This document shows positions 56,925 to 64,000 of a stretch of 64,000 nucleotides of DNA, piece after piece; position 1 is the stretch's first letter, and every line of letters starts with the position of its first letter. This DNA is from Ignavibacterium sp. (lineage in GTDB: Bacteria > Bacteroidota > Ignavibacteria > Ignavibacteriales > Ignavibacteriaceae), in assembly GCA_018335755.1 (NCBI GenBank), contig JAGXRK010000061.1:6646-70645 (forward strand), written 5' to 3'. The notes below the pieces were generated by a model, which saw only the letters and a list, made by a program, of their open reading frames with translations, had not been told where the DNA came from and searched no databases. The position numbers and the translations under genes are program-made.

Positions 56925-56971
56925 AGCTGGTGAACGGATTTGAACCGCCGACCGGCTGATTACAAATCAGG
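56925..56971 (-). pseudogene. 3' half of a tRNA-Thr(UGU)-like gene (anticodon arm to acceptor end), a probable att remnant
   Basis: The minus strand reads cctgatTTGTAAtcagc-cggtc-ggcggTTCAAATccgtt-caccagct. No D-arm or 5' acceptor strand lies upstream. Confidence 0.65.
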
Positions 56972-57055
56972 AAGACTTGCCCGTTTTTGTTTTTTTTTAG
57001 CACTTTTTTAATGTAGTCGCTACATTTTCGCTACAACCCGCAGGAGGTTGTTTCA

Positions 57056-58078
57056 ATGTTCTTAACAAAAGATACTAAGTCACCTTTTTACCAGGTTACT
57101 TATTTCATCAATGGTAAACGCACAAAAAAATCGACAAAGACTTCTAGCAAATCAGAAGCTTTAAAATTTCTTAAAGAGTTTAAATCACAGCAATTAATTT
57201 ACTTTAAGCCTGGAGAACCTAAACCAGAAATAAAATCAAGATCAATAAAATTATCGGAGTTTGAAAAAGAGTACACCGCTGCTGTATCGCTTTCTAAGTC
57301 AAAACATTATTTACGTTCTGTTAAACTAAGTTTCAAACACTTCAAAGACTTTATCGGCGACCTGCCAATCAATGAAATCAACTTAAAGCAAATTGACAAT
57401 TTTGTCACTACTATTTACGCACGTTCTGAAAGTGCCTCATCTCTCTATTATCGAACACTCAAAGCAGCTTTCAGCAAAGCAGTTATTTGGGATTACATTA
57501 AAGAAAACCCATTCAAAAAAATCAAAGCTCCCAAACTGGCTAAGTCGCTGCCTGTCTTTATAAATGAAGAACAACTTCAAGCCATCCTCAGCGAAACAGA
57601 AGAACAATACCTGAAGGATATTTTCACCTTCGCTTTTTATACCGGGATGAGGATCGGCGAAATCCTTAATATGAAATGGAACTGGATCGACACAACACAA
57701 AACATCATCATCATTAAAAACTCATCTACCTTCAAATCAAAAAGCAAAAAGGAAAGGATCATTCCCATTCACAACAAAGTAAATGAAATACTATCACGTC
57801 AGAAGCAAAACACAGCGTTTGTTTTTTACCGTTACATAGGAATAAAACTAAATGAAAACTTTATCAGCAAAAAATTCAAAGCAGCAGTAAGAGACGCAAA
57901 GCTAAGCGATGATATTCACTTCCACACGCTACGCCACAGCTTCGCAAGTAACTTAGTCCAGAAAGGTGCAAACCTATATGTAGTTAAAGAATTGCTCGGA
58001 CACGAAGATATTAAAACCACACAGGTTTATAGTCACCTCACACAAAGCAGTCTAACAAATGCGGTACTTCTCCTCTGA
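57056..58078 (+). CDS. Tyrosine-type site-specific integrase
   Basis: GMRIGEILNMKW, HFHTLRHSFASNL, LLGHEDIKTTQVYSH. Confidence 0.9.
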   Translation: MFLTKDTKSPFYQVTYFINGKRTKKSTKTSSKSEALKFLKEFKSQQLIYFKPGEPKPEIKSRSIKLSEFEKEYTAAVSLSKSKHYLRSVKLSFKHFKDFIGDLPINEINLKQIDNFVTTIYARSESASSLYYRTLKAAFSKAVIWDYIKENPFKKIKAPKLAKSLPVFINEEQLQAILSETEEQYLKDIFTFAFYTGMRIGEILNMKWNWIDTTQNIIIIKNSSTFKSKSKKERIIPIHNKVNEILSRQKQNTAFVFYRYIGIKLNENFISKKFKAAVRDAKLSDDIHFHTLRHSFASNLVQKGANLYVVKELLGHEDIKTTQVYSHLTQSSLTNAVLLL

Positions 58079-58199
58079 GAAGTACCGTTTATATTTTTAC
58101 ACAGCTTCTTGAAGACGGATAATTCTTTTTATAAATTGTTTTACATAAATAGCTGATTCTTAAATTTACATTAACTAACTACACGAGTGCAATAATTTA

Positions 58200-58625
58200 A
58201 TGGCTGAAAAAAAATCAAAACTTGCTGCAATAAAAACAAAACCAACCTCTGCAAGCGTGGCGGAATTTATCAATAGTGTTAAAGATGAACAAAAACGTAA
58301 CGACAGTTTTGTGCTCTTAGAAATGATGAAAAAAGCTTCTGGTGAGGAACCGGTATTATGGAGCAGCTCAATTATTGGTTTTGGCAATAAGAGATATAAA
58401 AGTCCTGCAACTGGCAGAGAAGTTGATTGGCTCAAGATAGGTTTCTCACCCCGGAAAGCTAATCTATCCTTGCATCTTACCATAAACATAAAGGAACACG
58501 CTGCTGCCCTTCAAAAACTCGGCAAGCATAAGACGGGTGCTGGTTGTCTTTACATAAATAAGTTGGAGGAGATTGATCTGAAAGTTCTAAAAAAAATTAT
58601 TGATTCATCATTGAAGAACAAATAG
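58200..58625 (+). CDS. DUF1801 (YdhG-like) domain protein
   Basis: SVAEFINSV...EPVLWSSSIIGFGNKRYK...FSPRKANLSLHL pattern. Confidence 0.65.
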   Translation: MAEKKSKLAAIKTKPTSASVAEFINSVKDEQKRNDSFVLLEMMKKASGEEPVLWSSSIIGFGNKRYKSPATGREVDWLKIGFSPRKANLSLHLTINIKEHAAALQKLGKHKTGAGCLYINKLEEIDLKVLKKIIDSSLKNK

Positions 58626-58626
58626 A

Positions 58627-58755
58627 TTCACAAGTAACTTAGTTCAGAAAGGTGCAAATTTGTATGTAGTTAAAGAATTGCTCGGGCAAGAAAATATAAA
58701 AACCACCCAGGTATATAGTCATTTAACACAAAGCAGTTTATCAAATGCAATTTGA
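58627..58755 (+). pseudogene. Integrase 3'-end remnant (last ~42 codons)
   Basis: Roughly 85% nucleotide identity, by eye, to the last ~125 nt of the integrase gene (from 57941). Translates FTSNLVQKGANLYVVKELLGQENIKTTQVYSHLTQSSLSNAI*. Confidence 0.8.
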
Positions 58756-58848
58756 TTATTATAATACGCTGTGCCGTTTTATCCGGCAATTTCCTGTGGC
58801 CGTTTTTTTCCTACAACATAGCGTAACTTTCAGGGCACTTTTTTGTTT

Positions 58849-59127
58849 TTACGCAGCCTCTTTTACCGCATCCGATAAATCAGTCGGTGAATAAAACAAA
58901 TCTTCATTTTTATCAAATTTTACAACATTCCCCGACAGTGTTTTTAACACCTTTTTCGCCGTATCCCCCCTGTTTATTTTGGCTACAAATACCCAAACCT
59001 GGCAATTTACCCCCCATCCGACAAGCTTAAAATTCTGTCTTCTTTTCATCTTATCAGCAGCTTTTCTGCTTTCAGTCTGAAACCTATAATATGGTTGTCC
59101 CCTCTCCTCTTTCCACATATAGATCAT
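58849..59127 (-). CDS. Hypothetical protein of the mobile element
   Basis: 92-aa ORF downstream of the primase gene. No family recognised. Confidence 0.4.
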   Translation of the reverse strand: MIYMWKEERGQPYYRFQTESRKAADKMKRRQNFKLVGWGVNCQVWVFVAKINRGDTAKKVLKTLSGNVVKFDKNEDLFYSPTDLSDAVKEAA

Positions 59128-59293
59128 TCTGGTAATCCCTCCATAATGTTATTTTTTGAAAATCGCGCCTTTAAGTTATTAGTGTCTTATACAAAGTAAG
59201 ATAAATAGTAATATCCCAAATAATATAGAAAGTAAAATAATAAGTAATATATAGTGTTAAATTTCTGTGAGTTATTATCTAATCACTTCCTCA

Positions 59294-60943
59294 CTATACT
59301 TTGGCCACTTGGTTGAGTAATTTTTTTTCGCCTCCGATTATTCTCTGCTTTACTTCTCTTATTCGTTTATTCAGTCTCTTTTGGATATTCATAGGATAAT
59401 TTTTCTTATTGAAAGCCTTTAAATATTTATTCTCACAAATTTTCGCTAATTCATTTTGGTTGTAAAACGTAGAATATGTTGTAATACGGTATATTGTGAT
59501 GGCACTGATAATTGTTTTTGCTACCAGTTTATTTATTCGTACTCTTATTTTATGATCTGATATTAGGGAAACTTTCAATGCACTTTTTTCATCAGCTACC
59601 ATTTTACTTTTATAACCTGCTATTCCAAGTCTTAATCTTTCCTTCGTTATATTTTTATACTTTGCTTGTTTACCTTGAATCGCTGTAATTGCCGATAGTA
59701 TGCAAAACGTCAGATAATCAAATTTCTTATTGAAAACATCTTGAATAAAATCTTCACCAATCCTGCAAATTGGCTGAGCTCCCTCTTTTTCAATTATGTC
59801 AGTTATAAAGTCGAGCATCTTTCCAAAATCTTTTCTTATTCGCTCCAATTTTTCCTCAAAATTACTCTTCGCTATCTCTTCCTTAATAACATCATCCGTC
59901 AATTCTTTTATATTCTTATCCTCAATAAGCTTTCTCATAATGGCATAATTTCTTAACATTTTTATTTTCTTGATAGGATCATCCTCATCATATCTTAATG
60001 CACACAATTCAAATTCCACAAACCTCATATTCAACCCATTACTTAATTTTGGCTGCTCATATCCCTTTTCAGTCGCAATCCCAAATAATGTTTTCAATGT
60101 TATTTTTGATGGATCATATCTGCTTAATAAATAATCAAACTTGCCTTCAAGTAAATCTACATCGTCGTTATAAAACTCATTTGTACTTAATTCGACAAAT
60201 CTTTTCTTACCATCATAACCAAGACTGGCAAGTGCAAATCCGCATTGTATCCACTCTTCATAATTTAACTTATGCTTTTTCAGATAGGCCACTGCATCAT
60301 CAAGGTTCCTTGTGTCAGCTTTTGTTAAAGATTTTCTCCCGCTGACATTTCCTTTATGCTTCAATTCACAGAAAGCATTAATTCCTTGTAGGATTCTATC
60401 AATACTTACTGTAACCGGAATACTCCCCGGCATATCGTTTTTAAAAGTGTATTGTTTCCCTTCTGGATGCAAGGAATAAGGTGCAACCAGATAACTTCTT
60501 TCCCATCTTAGTTCTATTTGCTTTCCCAATGTTTGGTCTTTGAACAGAAATTTATAATATGCTTGATTTTTTCTAAGATAACCATCAACCTCATCATCAC
60601 AATACACATAAATATGATAACCCCTGCAACTTCCGCTTTGTACCACCCAGGGATAATTCTCTTTCAATCCCATAAAACTTAAAACTTGTTTTAATATTTC
60701 AACGTTATCTATTCCATCAATATCTATCCCTCTAAGATTTTTATAACCCATCACTATGCCGGCACCAGTTACTCTTTCACTGCTAAACATCTTTTCAACA
60801 TCATTCAGAGTAGTAAACTCATTATAAATCTTATTCATACTTTCTACTGCTGGATCTTTGAATCTTAGTGGAAAGACTTTAAAGTTCATTTTTACAAAAA
60901 ATATTATTGCTGCCTCTTGGACGCTTAAATTTCCCTTTCCCAT
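59294..60943 (-). CDS. Bifunctional DNA primase/polymerase (Prim-Pol N-terminal domain plus PriCT-like domain)
   Basis: FKVFPL, GIDIDG, GYHIYVYCD, IELRWERSYLVAPYSLHPEGKQY, then WIQCGFALASLG. Confidence 0.75.
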   Translation of the reverse strand: MGKGNLSVQEAAIIFFVKMNFKVFPLRFKDPAVESMNKIYNEFTTLNDVEKMFSSERVTGAGIVMGYKNLRGIDIDGIDNVEILKQVLSFMGLKENYPWVVQSGSCRGYHIYVYCDDEVDGYLRKNQAYYKFLFKDQTLGKQIELRWERSYLVAPYSLHPEGKQYTFKNDMPGSIPVTVSIDRILQGINAFCELKHKGNVSGRKSLTKADTRNLDDAVAYLKKHKLNYEEWIQCGFALASLGYDGKKRFVELSTNEFYNDDVDLLEGKFDYLLSRYDPSKITLKTLFGIATEKGYEQPKLSNGLNMRFVEFELCALRYDEDDPIKKIKMLRNYAIMRKLIEDKNIKELTDDVIKEEIAKSNFEEKLERIRKDFGKMLDFITDIIEKEGAQPICRIGEDFIQDVFNKKFDYLTFCILSAITAIQGKQAKYKNITKERLRLGIAGYKSKMVADEKSALKVSLISDHKIRVRINKLVAKTIISAITIYRITTYSTFYNQNELAKICENKYLKAFNKKNYPMNIQKRLNKRIREVKQRIIGGEKKLLNQVAKV

Positions 60944-60958
60944 CTTACCTCCATTTTA

Positions 60959-61951
60959 TTAATTAAATTTTTTTATTGCTTCTTTTAACGTATCTAAATT
61001 ATTATGGCTGTATCTTTCAGTCACCGTCACCGATGAATGCCCCATCAGTTCCTTTATATGATAAATGTTAACATCCCTCTGTACCAAAGAACTCCCGAAT
61101 CCGTGCCTAAGGCTGTGAAAGCATATATCCTTGTTCAGCCCTGCTTTATTTACGGCATCCTTAAAAGTCTTCGACACATAATCATTAGTCAGTATCTTGT
61201 TCCCGCTGTAAGCAAAAACATATTTGTCTTTACTCCCTGCTTTAGAAATTCGGTTAACCAAAAGCTCATATATCTTATCGCTGATAGGTATCTTTCTTGT
61301 TTTCTTACTTTTAGTTGTAAACCGTTCATCACCGACTGTAATTATTCTGCTGTTCAAATCAACATTCCTGCAGCGCAGGTTCATTATTTCATTTAATCTC
61401 ATACCCGTATAAAATCCTGTTTTGCTTACATCATACGTTAGCAGCAGCGACCTCATCTTTTCTTTCTTACAGCCTTTCTTCATACTCCATCCATAAAGTA
61501 TAGTCAACACCTTTTCAAGCTCAGTTTCAGTTATATGCGGTCTTTCTTTTTGCTGCAGCTTCTTTATTACAACTTTATCAACAGGATTATAATTCATATA
61601 TCCAAGACTGATTGCCCTGTTCATCATTGCCTTCACTGTCCGGTAGTAAACCCGCACACCTCTCGGCGCACTTTCACTCAGCTTATCAAAAAACGTTTGC
61701 CATTCTTTTACACCAATTGCTTTTAGTTTCATTGGACCAGGAAAAAACTTTAATATATGTCTTATAACCAGGTCAACACTTTCATAATACTTATCAGTCT
61801 GATTTCTCTTCACCAAAGCCTTATATTCTTCACAGTAATCCTCACAGCTTATTTCTTTTACAGAATTAATATTATTTTGGATAATAATATTTAATGCATC
61901 TAATATTTGATTTTGTGTTGGTATATCAGTTCCCATCTGTTGAGCCCTCAT
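60959..61951 (-). CDS. Tyrosine-type site-specific integrase / recombinase
   Basis: GMRLNEIMNLR, CFHSLRHGFGSSL, LMGHSSVTVTERYSH. Confidence 0.9.
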   Translation of the reverse strand: MRAQQMGTDIPTQNQILDALNIIIQNNINSVKEISCEDYCEEYKALVKRNQTDKYYESVDLVIRHILKFFPGPMKLKAIGVKEWQTFFDKLSESAPRGVRVYYRTVKAMMNRAISLGYMNYNPVDKVVIKKLQQKERPHITETELEKVLTILYGWSMKKGCKKEKMRSLLLTYDVSKTGFYTGMRLNEIMNLRCRNVDLNSRIITVGDERFTTKSKKTRKIPISDKIYELLVNRISKAGSKDKYVFAYSGNKILTNDYVSKTFKDAVNKAGLNKDICFHSLRHGFGSSLVQRDVNIYHIKELMGHSSVTVTERYSHNNLDTLKEAIKKFN

Positions 61952-62639
61952 TATTATTGAATATTAAATTATCAGCTAACATTTCCTCTGTGCTTATTAA
62001 TAGTCCGTAAGTTCATTTAATCTTGTCAACAGCAAGACAAGATTCATCTTCTTTTCCGCCGTCTGGTTTATCATTTTTCCAACTTTGAAAAATTATTCTC
62101 TTCCAAATTGAACGTACTTATCCTGCACTATTAAAAATAGTTTTTAATTCTTATTATAAATTCAGCCGATGTTAATCTCAGATTATCAATGTGATCGTCT
62201 TCGCCATTGCTCTGGGATCAATAGATTTGTTAAATGAATATACGTGAACTACCCTCTTGAATCTCTTTCTTATTCTTAAATAAGCAGAGATTATCCAAAG
62301 TGTAAGGATTCGATTATACCGTTGTCGCATAATCTCCTTGTATAAGTTGATAAATTAAATTATTTAATCGTTCAGCAAATACAGTAATTATTTATTTTTT
62401 ATCGAGTTAATTGATCAGATGTGTACAGGAAGAAGTGATGTTAAAACTTTATAATTAACTCCCAGTAATTTAATAAAAATTAAGTGGAATTTCAATTAAA
62501 ATTTGTGTGATAAGAAAAAATAATTGCCAATAAATTATGGAACTACTTATACTCCACACCCCATCAAGTTGCTGGTTCATTCAATCATTGTCCTGATTGC
62601 AATCTCAAACTAAATAAAAATTTTTATAATTTAAATAGA

Positions 62640-63089
62640 TTGAATATTTATATAAAAAATATATTTAATTTTATATTTATGATTGAGAATATTTCATTGG
62701 TTGAGGTTATTACACTCCTGGCTGTTTTGCTCACACTTTATTGGACTTATCAAAGCCGTAAAGCAAAAAAGCCAAAAATTTCTCGTTTTGAACCCATATA
62801 CGCTAATGATAATAGCTTGCAGATATTTCACATTTACATTGTAAACACTCAGGATCACAATATATTCATCAATAATGTTTTTATTAAGAAAAATTTATTT
62901 TTGTGTTTCTATGGGCGCAAGAAAAAACACGTTTGGGATCTAAAATTTCCTTCATCAAGGCAGCAAGCCAGTTTTATTAAGGATGAAGGCTTAATAACTC
63001 TCAATCCACCTGATAAAATCTTGTACAGTAAATGCAAATTTATCATTGATACAAATGTTGGTAAGTGCAGTCGTGTCTATGTGCCATGA
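62640..63089 (+). CDS. Hypothetical small membrane-anchored protein
   Basis: ORF with one TM segment (LVEVITLLAVLLTLYW). The start is TTG at 62640 or, more likely, ATG at 62679. Confidence 0.35.
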   Translation: MNIYIKNIFNFIFMIENISLVEVITLLAVLLTLYWTYQSRKAKKPKISRFEPIYANDNSLQIFHIYIVNTQDHNIFINNVFIKKNLFLCFYGRKKKHVWDLKFPSSRQQASFIKDEGLITLNPPDKILYSKCKFIIDTNVGKCSRVYVP

Positions 63090-63142
63090 TAATCTTTAAT
63101 CACAAACTCTTATCATATTCTATTTAATTTTCTGCTCCCAAT

Positions 63143-63197
63143 ATCCAGTATCCTGGCATCCAGTTTACCAACCGAAGGTTGGAATCCAGAATCCAGC
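63143..63197. repeat. Intergenic atccag-type repeats plus a ccaacc-gaa-ggttgg hairpin
   Basis: atccagtatcctggcatccag. Hairpin at 63168-63182. aatccagaatccagc is the reverse complement of 44049-44062. Confidence 0.55.
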
Positions 63198-63414
63198 TCA
63201 CTTTTTTCTTTCAATAATCATCTGTATTATTTAATTTAACGATGTTATTTTCACACTCTGATACACGATGACTCTTTCCACCCCTTTTTCATCTTCTCTT
63301 TCTGGGGTGCCGATACAGCTTGTAAGCCTAAATTAAATTTTCAATCATATTTGTAATTTTTTGCATATAATATATGTTTATTATAAATCTTTAAGATTCA
63401 AAACGGATTATCAA

Positions 63415-64000
63415 ATGACAATTTCACAAATTGAATCAAATATTAAAAATCTCATTAAGTCTTTTTCTAAAGAGAGATTCATCTATGATTTTCTTTTGTC
63501 TTATGGACTACCAAAATCTTCAATAACACGTCTGCAAAAAGGATCATTAAACCTTTCACAAAATAAAAATGAATTAATCTGGAAGAAGAAACTTTTTTTC
63601 AGAATAGTCAATAATAATGACCTTCATTTATCGATAACTGAAATGTTGCAAGCTTCTAAATATAATGAGCGTTTCATTATTGCTACTGACTATTCAACAA
63701 TTTTAGCCATCGATACTAAAACAAGCGATAGATTAGATATTGAATTTAATGATTTACTAAAGCATTATGATTTTTTCCTTCCTTGGGCTGGTATAGAAAA
63801 GTCATTTCATCAAGATGAAAATCCCGCTGATGTAAAAGCCGCCGTAAAAATGGCCAAATTATTTGATGATATTAGAAAAGATAATCCTAATAATTCGCCT
63901 GACTTTCTTCACAACTTAAATGTTTTTCTTTCAAGGCTGCTTTTTTGTTTTTTTGCAGAAGATACAAACATTTTTGAAGAAGGACAGTTTACAAACTCAA
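63415..64000 (+). CDS. MmeI/PglX/YeeA-like N6-adenine DNA methyltransferase or type IIL enzyme, N-terminal part (3' end outside the window)
   Basis: ATG at 63415 with the frame open to the window end (my own translation; not in the ORF track). NPADVKAAVKMAKLFDDI...FLSRLLFCFFAEDTNIFE matches the conserved N-terminal helper region of this family. Confidence 0.65.
   Translation, partial: MTISQIESNIKNLIKSFSKERFIYDFLLSYGLPKSSITRLQKGSLNLSQNKNELIWKKKLFFRIVNNNDLHLSITEMLQASKYNERFIIATDYSTILAIDTKTSDRLDIEFNDLLKHYDFFLPWAGIEKSFHQDENPADVKAAVKMAKLFDDIRKDNPNNSPDFLHNLNVFLSRLLFCFFAEDTNIFEEGQFTNS

Noticed and set aside
56925-56971. Functional tRNA-Thr gene
   Set aside because: Only the anticodon arm, variable loop, T-arm and 3' acceptor strand are present. 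The sequence where the D-arm and 5' acceptor should be is an A/T run, and the anticodon stem has a C-C mismatch.

Overview
AT-rich chromosomal window, probably from a T9SS-bearing FCB-group bacterium (Ignavibacteria/Bacteroidota-like). That placement is inferred from four secreted proteins ending in NYPNPFNP-type sorting tails. Bases 1-19,000 are housekeeping or envelope genes: a UvrD-like helicase 3' end, two large T9SS cargo proteins (one broken by a frameshift in an A9 run), a GT2 plus methyltransferase pair, a compact cdd-tdk-nupC-PNP nucleoside salvage operon, secDF, a single-domain bacterial cereblon (CULT) protein and a HepT/MntA toxin-antitoxin pair. Bases 19,021-36,616 are a 17.6-kb integrated island. 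It is bounded by a perfect 25-bp direct repeat that duplicates the 3' end of a PP2C phosphatase gene, and it carries an Arm-type tyrosine integrase, an excisionase-like HTH and a RecA-fold ATPase. Its cargo is a defence locus on the minus strand: hsdM, a His/Cys-rich orphan ORF, a stand-alone reverse transcriptase and hsdS are packed with 1-nt junctions. After a 135-nt gap comes hsdR, translationally coupled to a DUF45 peptidase, a Zn-ribbon/deoxyribosyltransferase-like protein and a DUF3883 nuclease-like protein. Next are about 1 kb of repeat-rich, structured non-coding DNA and a HAD phosphatase/membrane protein pair. I regard the RT-containing type I R-M operon and its coupled accessory genes as the best candidate for an undescribed system. 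Bases 36.6-46.8 kb hold a partner-switching/ECF sigma cluster with three GAF-PP2C phosphatases, an RsbW-like kinase and two STAS proteins. Bases 46.9-56.6 kb hold purA, a UbiA prenyltransferase, an FG-GAP T9SS protein, DUF72, GlpQ and small secreted proteins that share a conserved upstream element. From 56.8 kb to the window end lies a second mobile region: two decayed tRNA-Thr 3' halves, two integrases, an integrase 3' remnant, a Prim-Pol primase and the 5' part of an MmeI/PglX-like methyltransferase gene. No rRNA, intact tRNA or CRISPR array was seen. All family calls rest on motif recognition by eye; no searches were run.
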